DNA of 64,000 nt, taken from NCBI GenBank assembly GCA_963771355.1, contig CAVYTA010000006.1, positions 800,001 to 864,000 of the forward strand. The letters are read 5' to 3'. The stretch comes from an uncultured Candidatus Rokubacteria bacterium (GTDB taxonomy: Bacteria; Methylomirabilota; Methylomirabilia; Rokubacteriales; CSP1-6). Under the pieces are notes generated by a model. That model was not told where the DNA came from and made no database searches. It worked only from the letters and a program-made list of their open reading frames with translations. The translations under genes and the position numbers were made by a program. Numbering within the stretch: the stretch's first letter is position 1; each line of letters starts with the position of its first letter. Shown here piece after piece: positions 49,808 through 58,580 of the stretch.

Positions 49808-50470
49808 ATGGCGCTGCCGTTGCCGCTCCGCAACCGGCTCGCCGATCTCATCCTCGAGTCCGTGCACGACGGCGCCGCGCGTGAGGGGCTCGCTGCGGTG
49901 GCGGCGGTGTGCGACGATCCGAACGCGGTCGAGGCGTCGGCGCTGCCGCCGCGCTTCCCCGCCGATCTCTTCGAGCGGGGCCCCCGCGGCCTCGCCGTGC
50001 GGAGCGGGTATGCCGCTCACGCGCGGGAGTTCTGCGCGCGCGCGCGGGCCGGCTGGGGCGTGCTCCGCGCGCGGCCTCTGGATCCCGCCGACGCGCCGCT
50101 GGGATCGGTGCTGGCGGTGGCGGCCGCGCTCTTCGACGCCGGCCTCTTCTTCGAGGTGCACGAGCTGCTCGAGCCGCACTGGTTTCGCGCTCAGGGGGCC
50201 GAGCGCGAGCGACTCCAGGGGCTGATCCAGGTGGCGGTGGGCTTCCAGCACCTCGCCAACGGCAATCTCCGCGGCGCCGTGCTCCTGCTCCACGAGGGAG
50301 GGCGGCGGCTCCAGGGAGGCCTCGCCGGCCTCGAGCTGGAATCCTTCGCGGCCGCCGCGCAGCGCTGCGGGGCCGCCGCCGCCGCGCTGGATCCCGCCGA
50401 CGCGGCGGCGGCGGCGCGCTTCGACTGGACCATGGCGCCGCGCTTTCCGCGCGCGGCGGCAGGCGCCTGA
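49808..50470 (+). CDS. DUF309 domain protein
   Basis: FFEVHELLEPHW, LQGLIQVAVGFQH, GN..GA. Confidence 0.85.
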   Translation: MALPLPLRNRLADLILESVHDGAAREGLAAVAAVCDDPNAVEASALPPRFPADLFERGPRGLAVRSGYAAHAREFCARARAGWGVLRARPLDPADAPLGSVLAVAAALFDAGLFFEVHELLEPHWFRAQGAERERLQGLIQVAVGFQHLANGNLRGAVLLLHEGGRRLQGGLAGLELESFAAAAQRCGAAAAALDPADAAAAARFDWTMAPRFPRAAAGA

Positions 50471-51021
50471 TGCCGCGCATCTTCCTGGTCGGCGAACCCG
50501 CCGAGATCGTGCGGCGCCGCAAGCTGGTGCCCGCGGGAAGCTTCGTGGAAGCGTGGCCCGATCTCCACGTGCGGGGCGACGCCTGGGTCGGGGAGACGTC
50601 GAAGTCCCTGCTGGATGCCCCCGGCGACCCGCTGCCCGTGCGCCTCTCGGTGGACGGCGCGCACGTGCCCCTCTATTACGGCCAACGGCTTTGCGACGTC
50701 GACTCGCTGCCCACCGAGGAGTCGCTCCGCTCGCGCGTCCTCTCCGCCCACGGGATCTCGGCGGTGTGGATCACGCTCGACGCCGCGGGGGCGCGCGCGC
50801 AGTATCAGCCGCAGTCACCCGAGGACCCGGTATTCTTCCTCCGGCGGCCGGGCGGCAGCGCGGCGCACCTGTGGCGGCTCTTCCGCACCCGCGAGGAGGC
50901 GGTGGTGTACATGCGGGAATACTACGGGCGCGACCCCGAAGGCGCGGTGTGGGCGGAATCCTTGCCCGCGGCGAACTGGGAGGAGCTCATCACCCGGTAC
51001 GCCACCCCCCCCATTGACTGA
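50470..51021 (+). CDS. Hypothetical protein
   Basis: 183 aa, TGATG-coupled to the DUF309 gene, protein-like composition. Confidence 0.7.
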   Translation: MPRIFLVGEPAEIVRRRKLVPAGSFVEAWPDLHVRGDAWVGETSKSLLDAPGDPLPVRLSVDGAHVPLYYGQRLCDVDSLPTEESLRSRVLSAHGISAVWITLDAAGARAQYQPQSPEDPVFFLRRPGGSAAHLWRLFRTREEAVVYMREYYGRDPEGAVWAESLPAANWEELITRYATPPID

Positions 51022-51052
51022 GGATTCACATCAACCTTCAAGGGAGCCAGCC

Positions 51053-51847
51053 ATGGAACTGGGCCTCAAGGACAAGACGGCGGTAGTGACGGGCGGCAGC
51101 AAGGGAATCGGGCGCGCGGCGGCCCGGAGCCTGGCCGCCGAGGGCGCGCGCGTGCTCATCGCCGCGCGCGTGGAGTCGGCCCTCGCGGGCGCGGCGCGCG
51201 AGATCGAGGCGGAGACGGGCCGGCGCGTGGAGATCGTGCCGGTGGACCTCTCCACGCTCGACGGTGTGCGTGCGCTCACCGCCGAGGCGCTGCGCCGGCT
51301 GGGCCGGCTCGACATCCTCGTCAACAACGCCGGCGCCATCAAGGGAGGCGACTTCCTCACCACGCCGGACGAGGAATGGCTGCGGGGCTGGAGCCTCAAG
51401 CTCCTCGGCTATATCCGCATGGCGCGCGAGACGCTGCCCCACATGCAACGACAGGGGAGCGGGCGCATCATCAACGTCGTCGGCGCGGCCGCGCGCAATC
51501 CCGCCACCACCTACATGATGGGTGGCACCGCCAATGCCGCGCTCATCAACTTCACCAAGGCGCTCGCCGATCTCGCCGCCCGGGACGGCATCCTCGTCAC
51601 CGGCGTTTCGCCGGGCCCGGTAAAAACGGAGCGGTGGGAGACCCTCCTGAAACAGCAGGCTCAAGCCGCGGGTCAGGACGTGTTCACATTTGAGAAAGCA
51701 CGGGCCGCAGAATTGCCTCTCGGACGAATCGCGCTCCCGGAAGAGGTCGGGGATCTCATCTGCTTCCTCGCGTCGGCGAGGGCAACTTTCTTGACCGGAA
51801 TTACGATCACGGTGGATGGCGGTATCACTCGTGGCGTCTATCTATGA
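51053..51847 (+). CDS. SDR family oxidoreductase
   Basis: VTGGSKGIG, ILVNNAG, VSPGPV, ITVDGG; Y-xxx-N in place of YxxxK. Confidence 0.92.
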   Translation: MELGLKDKTAVVTGGSKGIGRAAARSLAAEGARVLIAARVESALAGAAREIEAETGRRVEIVPVDLSTLDGVRALTAEALRRLGRLDILVNNAGAIKGGDFLTTPDEEWLRGWSLKLLGYIRMARETLPHMQRQGSGRIINVVGAAARNPATTYMMGGTANAALINFTKALADLAARDGILVTGVSPGPVKTERWETLLKQQAQAAGQDVFTFEKARAAELPLGRIALPEEVGDLICFLASARATFLTGITITVDGGITRGVYL

Positions 51848-51913
51848 CTTTTGCGACCCGTCAAACGCGCCGTAACTTCGTGAAATAGAGAACATTCCGG
51901 TGAGAGATTTCAT

Positions 51914-51942
51914 TTGACAGCCTATAGGTCGATCAGTAGGGT
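51914..51942 (+). promoter_or_regulatory. Sigma70-type promoter of the RRM gene
   Basis: TTGACA-N17-TAGGGT in an AT-richer intergenic region. Confidence 0.65.
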
Positions 51943-52072
51943 ATGGCAACCGTTGGGCGGCTCGGTCCGCGAGTCTCACTGGCGGCATGGCAACTCAAAG
52001 CGGTGCACCATACGCCGCCGGTGAGCCGGGAAGCGACTACTCGGTCCCCCTGGATGCGGCAGGAGGTTCGTA

Positions 52073-52405
52073 ATGCCCGCCAAGCTCTTTGTCGGAAATC
52101 TCTCCTTCCAGGCGACCGAAGAGGACCTGCGCGAGCTGTTCCAGCAAGCCGGGGTGGTCGAATCGGTCCGAATCGTGACCGACCAGTTCACCGGTCGGCC
52201 CCGCGGGTTCGGATTCGTGGAAATGGCCTCCAAGGAGGAGTCCTCCAAGGCCATCGAGATGCTCAATGGTCGGCTATTCCGCGACCGGAACCTGGTAGTG
52301 GACGAAGCGCGCCCGCAGCCCCAGCGGGGGGCGGGCGGGCCGCGACCCGACCGGGGGCCCCGGCCGGGCGGGGGCGGCGCGGGCGGGGGCGGCTGGCGCC
52401 GCTAG
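52073..52405 (+). CDS. RRM (RNP) RNA-binding protein with Gly/Arg-rich tail
   Basis: RNP2 KLFVGNL and RNP1 RGFGFVEM; AGGAGG RBS. Confidence 0.96.
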   Translation: MPAKLFVGNLSFQATEEDLRELFQQAGVVESVRIVTDQFTGRPRGFGFVEMASKEESSKAIEMLNGRLFRDRNLVVDEARPQPQRGAGGPRPDRGPRPGGGGAGGGGWRR

Positions 52406-52425
52406 GCGGACCAAGGCACGCACGG

Positions 52426-52461
52426 GGCCCCGGGGGCAGGACATACCCGGGGCCTTTTCTT
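52426..52461 (+). terminator. Intrinsic terminator
   Basis: GGCCCCGGG-loop-CCCGGGGCC followed by TTTTCTT. Confidence 0.8.
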
Positions 52462-52492
52462 CGTGGTGGTATACTCAACACATGGAGACTGT

Positions 52493-53485
52493 ATGAATCG
52501 GCCAGGCGTGCCGGCGCCGGGCTTCGTCAAGCGCATCGGGCCAATCGTGGATGCCCGGCGAGAGACGGTATTCCAGGAGCTCCAGAGCGTGGAGCTCGTG
52601 AATCGCCTCAAGCCCGGACCGGACGGGAGCGGCATGCCGTTTGGGTGGACGGTGAATCCCTTCCGCGGGTGCGAGATCGGCTGCACGTACTGCTACGCGC
52701 GGCCCACCCACGAGTATCTCGGCCACGCGGATCCCGAGGAGTTCGAGTCACGGGTGTACGTCAAGCGCGCCGACCCGGTGCGGCTGCTCGAGTCTCTTCG
52801 CCGCGCCCGGGCCAGCGGCCAGGAAGTCGCCATCGGGACCGCCACCGATCCCTATCAGCCGGCCGAGGGACGCTTTCGCGTGACGCGCGATGTCCTTCGC
52901 GCGGTGGCGCAAGTACGCGGACTCCGGGTCGGGCTCACCACCAAGGGCGTCTCCGTCACCCGTGACCTCGAGCTGCTCCAGGAGATCGCGGCCGGCTCCG
53001 AGCTGACCGTGAACGTCTCCCTCATCAGCCTCGATGCCGAGCTCCTGCGCCTTCTCGAGCCCCGGGCGGCGCGGCCGGATCTGCGGATCGGCGCCATCCG
53101 TACGCTGGCCTCGGCGGGGATCGCCACCCGTCTGTTCCTCATGCCCATCCTGCCCTTCATCACGGATGCCGAGCACGGGCTGCGCGACCTTCTCCACGCG
53201 GCGCGCGAGGCCGGTGCGCGCGAGGCGGTGTGGAACGTACTCTTCCTCCGCGGCAGCGCGCGCAGCTTCTATCTGGGCTTCGTCAAGCGCGAGTTCCCCT
53301 GGCTCTCCGCCCGCTACGAGGCCCTGTACGCGCGGGGCACGCGCGCGGAGGGAGACTACCGCGAAGCCGTCGAGCGCCTGGTCGAGCGGCTCGCCCGGGA
53401 GAGCGGCCTCGCCGGCCTCACCCGCGAGGACCGTGTCCGCCGCGAGGCGCCCGCTCGCCCGAGCCAGCTCGAGCTGGTCTGGTAG
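52493..53485 (+). CDS. Radical SAM protein, Rv2578c/SplB-like DNA-repair family
   Basis: VNPFRGCEIGCTYCYAR (CxxxCxxC), GTATDPYQPAE, LEP, PILPFITD; C-terminal SQLELVW. Confidence 0.9.
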   Translation: MNRPGVPAPGFVKRIGPIVDARRETVFQELQSVELVNRLKPGPDGSGMPFGWTVNPFRGCEIGCTYCYARPTHEYLGHADPEEFESRVYVKRADPVRLLESLRRARASGQEVAIGTATDPYQPAEGRFRVTRDVLRAVAQVRGLRVGLTTKGVSVTRDLELLQEIAAGSELTVNVSLISLDAELLRLLEPRAARPDLRIGAIRTLASAGIATRLFLMPILPFITDAEHGLRDLLHAAREAGAREAVWNVLFLRGSARSFYLGFVKREFPWLSARYEALYARGTRAEGDYREAVERLVERLARESGLAGLTREDRVRREAPARPSQLELVW

Positions 53486-55783
53486 CTAGTCGCCCAGGTC
53501 CAGCGAGGCCTGGACGGGCAAGTCAGGCGCCCCGTCGGGATCCTCGCTCACCACGATGAGGCCGTCACTCTCCGCGAAGGGCAGGAACTTCGCGGCGAGC
53601 TCGCGGAGCTTGGTCAGATAGTAGGCGGTGTTCTCGTCGGGGGCGGACGGGTCCCAGGCCGCCGCCAGCTTCGCCGTCTCGTTGACCTTGACGCGGTCGG
53701 TCTCGCCCGTCACGTAGTACGAAACCTGGTCTCCGGCCTGATAGGGCCGCTCCGCGCGGAGCGCCAGCTCGTAGGCGGCGCCCGCATTACGCCTGCCGGT
53801 GGCGAGCTTTTCGCGGTAAGCGGCCGGCGACTCCTGCAGCGTCTCGGTCTTCATGAAGAGACGCACCGCCACCCGGCGGGCGGTGAAGTCCTCCTCCCAG
53901 CGGCGCACCAGGGCCGGAATCTCCTCGCGGCGGCCGGTGAGCAGCAGGCGGAACATCTCCTCCATCCAGCGGCGCTGGAAGAGCTCGATGCCGCGTGAGC
54001 GGAGCCCGGACCCCTTGACGAGCAGCTTGCCGTGGCCATCGAGGAGCACGTAGTTCTTCATCTTGTAGCTGAACATGGCGGGGTAACGTCCAGCCAGCTC
54101 GAGCTGAATGCCCTCCGGCAGCGGCTCGCCCAGAGCGGCGAGCAGCGCGTCCTCGTCGCCGGGCCCGGCCACCGGTACCGCCGGCACGAAGTAGAGCCCG
54201 TCGGTGTCCACCTCGATCACGGTGGCCCCGAGGGTATCGAGCCGCTCGACCAGGCTCAGCACCAGCCGGCGGCCCTCGGCGGTGATGCGGTTGGCGGCGT
54301 CGAAATCGTTCCAGTGGGAGAAGCCGGTGCCGAGGTAACCGTAGAAGGAGTTGATGAAGATCTTGAAGGTCTGCTGGAGCGCGTTCAGGAGCAGCCGGTC
54401 CGCGGGCGCCTCCGCCTCGCGGGCGAGCCGCTTGGCCGCGATCCGGAACTCGCGGAGGTCCTGCAGCATGGTGCTGAAGATGCCCAGCCGGTCCGAAGCG
54501 GGAGCGAGGCCCTGAGTCAGCATGAGCGAGGGGTAGAGCGACGTGACGTCCACGTGGAGGACGTCCTTCGCCACGCCCTGGCGGTACACCGCCGTATGGC
54601 CACCCGCCACCCCACGCCCCGCCATGGCGCGCGGCACCGCGTGGCCGCGGTGCAGATACTCGCGCAGGAGGAGGGCATCGATCTTGGTCGCGTTGCCCCG
54701 GAGCACCACCGATTCGTAGTCGAAGGGCAGGGCCTGGGCCTGAACGAAATAGGGAGGCGAGAGGATGCCGGACAGCGCCAGCGTCTCCAGCACGTCGTCG
54801 CGGGCATAGGCCATGAGCCGGGCCGGGTCCTCGCGGAACGCGCGCGGGATGTCCTCCGGCGGGAGATAGGTGCGATCCGGTGCCGCCACCCCGAAGTGAC
54901 GGGCCATGTCCTTGAGCCCGAAGGAGTCCAGGTCGCGCGCGGCCACATCGTAGAGCTGGCCCAGCATCCATGTGTCCACGATGTGGCGGCCGGCCACGCC
55001 GTACCGCCGGTACGCGATGCTCCGCTCCGCCACCTGCATGCGGGACGGGTAGCCCCGCAGGGTAGACCCGTCCCGCCCCCAGGTAAGCGGCACTCGGTGG
55101 CGCCGGGCGCGGGCCTCGAGATATTCCAGATCGAAACGGAAGATGTTGTGGCCCTCGAGCACGTCGGGGTCGCGCTCCGCGATCAGCCGCGTGCACTCGC
55201 GCAGCAGCGCCGCCTCGTCCATCTCCGCCCCCGACAGCACCGTGCTCCAGCCGGTGGAGTCGGCCAGCGCGATGGCGATGATGCGGTCGACCTCGCGGAC
55301 CGCGTTGGGAAACTCGAAGCCGGGCGCGGTGAGCACCTCGATGTCCAGCGCCATGCGGCGGAGATCGGTCAGCGCCATACCGCGGAACGACGTCCGGCCG
55401 GTGCGCAGGAGGTACTGGTGCACCGGGTCGGAGAGAAAGAGATAGGGCCCCTGCGGATCCCCCGCGGTCCGGCCGGTGAGCTTGCGCAGATGGTCGCGCG
55501 CGAGCGCGCCCGCGCTCCAGGCCGGGAAGACCGCGAGCCAGCGGTAGGCGCCGTCGCCCTCGAGCGGCGTCACCTCCACGTCGCCCTTGAAGCCGGCCAG
55601 GAGGTCCGGGTCGTCGAGCAGGAGGAAGGGGCGGAAGGGCTCCTCCGTGGCTACCACCTGGCCCGCGCGGCGAGCATAGGCCCGCACCGTGCTCTCGCCG
55701 GGGACGAAGGCGAGGAGGCCGGGCGTCTCGTCCCGACCGAAGAGCAGGGGATTGCCGTAGAACGGGAGGGGGATCGACGTCAA
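53486..55783 (-). CDS. polB: Family B DNA polymerase (DNA polymerase II-like) with 3'-5' exonuclease
   Basis: ExoI DIE, ExoII GHNIFRFD, ExoIII YARDD, DVTSLYPS, KIFINSFYGY, DTDG; TTG start overlaps the TPR stop (TTGA). Confidence 0.92.
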   Translation of the reverse strand: MTSIPLPFYGNPLLFGRDETPGLLAFVPGESTVRAYARRAGQVVATEEPFRPFLLLDDPDLLAGFKGDVEVTPLEGDGAYRWLAVFPAWSAGALARDHLRKLTGRTAGDPQGPYLFLSDPVHQYLLRTGRTSFRGMALTDLRRMALDIEVLTAPGFEFPNAVREVDRIIAIALADSTGWSTVLSGAEMDEAALLRECTRLIAERDPDVLEGHNIFRFDLEYLEARARRHRVPLTWGRDGSTLRGYPSRMQVAERSIAYRRYGVAGRHIVDTWMLGQLYDVAARDLDSFGLKDMARHFGVAAPDRTYLPPEDIPRAFREDPARLMAYARDDVLETLALSGILSPPYFVQAQALPFDYESVVLRGNATKIDALLLREYLHRGHAVPRAMAGRGVAGGHTAVYRQGVAKDVLHVDVTSLYPSLMLTQGLAPASDRLGIFSTMLQDLREFRIAAKRLAREAEAPADRLLLNALQQTFKIFINSFYGYLGTGFSHWNDFDAANRITAEGRRLVLSLVERLDTLGATVIEVDTDGLYFVPAVPVAGPGDEDALLAALGEPLPEGIQLELAGRYPAMFSYKMKNYVLLDGHGKLLVKGSGLRSRGIELFQRRWMEEMFRLLLTGRREEIPALVRRWEEDFTARRVAVRLFMKTETLQESPAAYREKLATGRRNAGAAYELALRAERPYQAGDQVSYYVTGETDRVKVNETAKLAAAWDPSAPDENTAYYLTKLRELAAKFLPFAESDGLIVVSEDPDGAPDLPVQASLDLGD

Positions 55784-56274
55784 TTCAGCATGCCCAGATG
55801 GCGCTGCAGGCGCTCGATCTCCCGCCGCGCGATGGCGTAGCGCGGCTCGATGCCCAGGGCTCGGCGCAGCTCGGCGATGGCCTCCCGGAGCCGGTTCTGC
55901 TTCACATAGACGCGGGCGAGGTTGAAGTAGGGGAAGTGCCGAGGCTCGTAGCGGGGGGCGGTCTTGGCGCGCTCGAGCCAGTCGATCGCCTCCTCGTGGC
56001 GTCCCAGCTCGATGAGGTAGGCGCCGATGTCGTTGTAGGGATTGCCGAAGGAAGGATCCACGCTGATGGCGGTCTTGCATTCGGCGATGGCGTCCTCGTG
56101 GCGCCCCTGGAAGGACAGCGCCCAGCCCAGGAAGGTATGCGCCTCGGCGGTGGGCTGGGCGGCGATGGACCGCCGGTAGCTCTCCACCGCCTCATCGAGA
56201 CGGCCGGCCATCTGATGCGTGTAGCCCGCTTCGAAGTGGGCCTGCGCGGCATCGCGCTCGTCGCCGCCGCTCAT
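55780..56274 (-). CDS. Tetratricopeptide repeat protein
   Basis: AEAHTFLGWALS, DPSFGNPYNDIGAYL, FPYFNLAR; about four TPR units. Confidence 0.9.
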   Translation of the reverse strand: MSGGDERDAAQAHFEAGYTHQMAGRLDEAVESYRRSIAAQPTAEAHTFLGWALSFQGRHEDAIAECKTAISVDPSFGNPYNDIGAYLIELGRHEEAIDWLERAKTAPRYEPRHFPYFNLARVYVKQNRLREAIAELRRALGIEPRYAIARREIERLQRHLGMLN

Positions 56275-56888
56275 GGCGGCGCGGGCCGGCCGGCCTCGAT
56301 GGCCTTGCGGTAGGCGGCGAGCTCGGTAAGGCCGGTGAGACGCGGCCCACCGTCCACGATCACGGTGGGGATGGCCCGGATCTGGTGGCGCTGTACGGCT
56401 TCGCGATAGTCCTCGATGACGGGCGCGCGGCCCACCCCGGCTTCGAAGTCGGCGATGAACTGCCCCATGTCGGCCCCGGAGGCCTCGACGACGGGGTAGA
56501 GCTCGGCGGGGTCCGCGATGTTCACGCTCTCCGAGAAGAAGGCCGCGTAGAGCTCGAGGTGCAGCCGCTCGAAGACCTCCGGACCCTGCCGGGCCGCGCA
56601 CTTGGCGGCCTCCAGCGCCGGCATCGACCAGGCGGGAAACTCGTGGCGCGGCCAGGGCGTGAAGCGAAGGCCGTCGCCCTCGGACATGGCCTGGCACCGT
56701 CGCCAGCCCTCCTCACGCCGGGTGCCCTTGAATCGCGCGTCGGGATCGGGCTCCGGGCGCAGGGGAAATGCTCGCCACTCGATCACCAGATCGTCGCCCA
56801 TCTCGTCCTTGAGCCGCCGGAGGCGCACCGCCGCCGGATAACACCAGGGTCAGAGATAGTCGGAGTACTCGATGATGTGCACGGCCAT
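56271..56888 (-). CDS. DsbA/FrnE-family thiol-disulfide oxidoreductase selenoprotein (in-frame TGA at 56850-56852 read as Sec)
   Basis: AGGAGG RBS, then MAVHIIEYSDYL-TGA-PWCYPAAVRL continuing in frame to WRAFPLRP, ENI-like SVNIAD and cis-Pro IRAIPT. Confidence 0.9.
56817..56837 (-). promoter_or_regulatory. Candidate bacterial SECIS hairpin (DsbA-like gene)
   Basis: CCGG-C-GGCG-GUG-CGCC-U-CCGG starting 12 nt after the UGA; loop begins with G. Confidence 0.65.
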
Positions 56889-56967
56889 GGCGATCCTCCT
56901 CGGTGGAATTCTACCGCACTCGCGTGGGACTGGCGGGCGCGGAACGCTTGCCGTATGATCGCCCGGT

Positions 56968-57813
56968 ATGCGAAGCGCGCTCGCCCTCACGGTGCTCGTC
57001 GCGGTGCTCACCATCGGCTGCGCGGGTCCCACCCGCATCACATATCCCAATGTCACGCCGGACAAGCCGGAGAACATCTCCGCCACCGTCACGCGCCCGT
57101 CGGGTCCGGGACCTTTTCCGGCGGTGGTCCTGCTCCACGGTTGCGGGGGCGTGTCACCACAGCTCGAGCGTTGGGCTCGCTGGCTGGCGGATCGCGGGTA
57201 TGTGGGCCTGGTGATCGACAGCTTCGGCCCGCGCCGGGTGAAAGGGGACTGCTCCCCGGAGTCCCCCGACGACATCCCCATCACCGCGCGGCTCGACGAC
57301 GCCTTCGGCGCACTGCGCTGGCTCCAGGCGCAGCCGTGGGTGCGCGGTGACCGGGTGGGCGCGGTGGGATTTTCCCAGGGCGGAGCCTTCGCCATGTCCG
57401 TCGTCAACGGGCCCAGCCTCGAGCGCGCGGCCCGGCGGGGCGTGAAGATTCCGGAGCCCGGCTTCGCCGCCGGGGTGGGCGTCTATCCGGGCGGCTGCAA
57501 GTCCCTCATCCCCCAGCTCGCGATCAAGCCCCTCCTCGTCCTCATCGGCGCCGCCGACGACTGGACGCTGCCCGAGTCCTGCCAGCAGATGGTGGAGTCG
57601 ATGAAATCTCGCGGAGCGGACGCGCGCATCGTGCTCTATCCCGGCGCCTATCATTACTTCGACGTCGAGGGTCAGAAGCTGGAGGTGCTCGACTACGTCG
57701 GCAACGACAACAAGCCGGGCGGCCGTGGCGCCACCGTCGGTTATCAGCCGGAAGCGGCCGCGGGCGCATATCGTGAGGTCGAGCTCTTCTTCGGCCAGCA
57801 CCTCAAGCGCTAG
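56968..57813 (+). CDS. Dienelactone hydrolase family lipoprotein
   Basis: Lipobox TIGC, LHGCGG, GFSQGG, GAADDW, YPGAYH. Confidence 0.88.
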   Translation: MRSALALTVLVAVLTIGCAGPTRITYPNVTPDKPENISATVTRPSGPGPFPAVVLLHGCGGVSPQLERWARWLADRGYVGLVIDSFGPRRVKGDCSPESPDDIPITARLDDAFGALRWLQAQPWVRGDRVGAVGFSQGGAFAMSVVNGPSLERAARRGVKIPEPGFAAGVGVYPGGCKSLIPQLAIKPLLVLIGAADDWTLPESCQQMVESMKSRGADARIVLYPGAYHYFDVEGQKLEVLDYVGNDNKPGGRGATVGYQPEAAAGAYREVELFFGQHLKR

Positions 57814-57839
57814 CCGGGTCGCGCCACGCCAGCACTGTG

Positions 57840-58571
57840 ATGAACGAGCCCCTTTCCAAGCAGGACGTCCGCGAGCGCGTCTGGCGCGCGCTGGAGATCC
57901 ACGGCGCGGCGCGCTTTCCCGGCGCCAAGGGCCGCATTCCCAACTTCCCGGGGGCGGAGGCCGCCGCGCTGCACGTATCGGCCCTGCCCGAGTGGAAGCG
58001 CGCCCGGGTGGTGAAGGTGAACCCCGACGCCCCCCAGCTCGCCCTGCGGCGAATGGCTCTGCGCGAGGGCAAGCTCCTCTACATGGCGGTGCCGCGGCTC
58101 CGCAGCGCGCAGCCCTTCGTGGCCCTCGATCCCGCCCGCCTGGGCGGGGCGGGACCGAAGGCCGCCACCATCAAGGGCGCCGCCGTGTACGGGCACGGGG
58201 TCACGCTGGACGAGATGCTACCCATCGATCTCGTCATCTGCGGGTCGGTGGCGGTCAACGGGCGCGGGGCGCGGCTGGGCAAGGGCGGCGGCTACTCCGA
58301 CCTCGAGTACGGCATGCTCCGCGAGCGCGGGCTGGTGGGGGAGGAGACCTGCATCCTGACCACCGTGCACCCACTGCAGATCGTGCCATACGAGCTGCCG
58401 TCGCTGCCACATGACATCACGCTGACCTGGATCGTCACTCCCGAGGGGCCGCTCCGCTGCGCGAGCGGGAGGGTGCGGCCCCGGGGGATCTACTGGGACT
58501 GTCTCGACGAGGACCGGATCGCGGCGATTCCGGTGCTCGGCGAGCTCAAGCGGGCGCGCGCCGCGCGCTGA
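57840..58571 (+). CDS. 5-formyltetrahydrofolate cyclo-ligase family protein (MTHFSD-like)
   Basis: GRIPNF.GA, KVNPDAPQ, GSVAV..RGARLGKGGGYSDLE, TTVHPLQ, HD. Confidence 0.9.
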   Translation: MNEPLSKQDVRERVWRALEIHGAARFPGAKGRIPNFPGAEAAALHVSALPEWKRARVVKVNPDAPQLALRRMALREGKLLYMAVPRLRSAQPFVALDPARLGGAGPKAATIKGAAVYGHGVTLDEMLPIDLVICGSVAVNGRGARLGKGGGYSDLEYGMLRERGLVGEETCILTTVHPLQIVPYELPSLPHDITLTWIVTPEGPLRCASGRVRPRGIYWDCLDEDRIAAIPVLGELKRARAAR

Positions 58572-58580
58572 GGGGAGCAC

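Noticed and set aside
53486..55783. Family-B polymerase as a sign of a prophage, pipolin or casposon
   Set aside because: No integrase, capsid, terminal-protein features, att sites or compositional shift nearby; it resembles a chromosomal Pol II-like enzyme.
47750..56852. Genome-wide UGA reassignment (Trp/Gly) as the explanation for the two in-frame TGAs
   Set aside because: Many genes in the window end at TGA at their expected C-termini with ATGA/GTGA coupling, and both exceptions fall at catalytic Cys positions.
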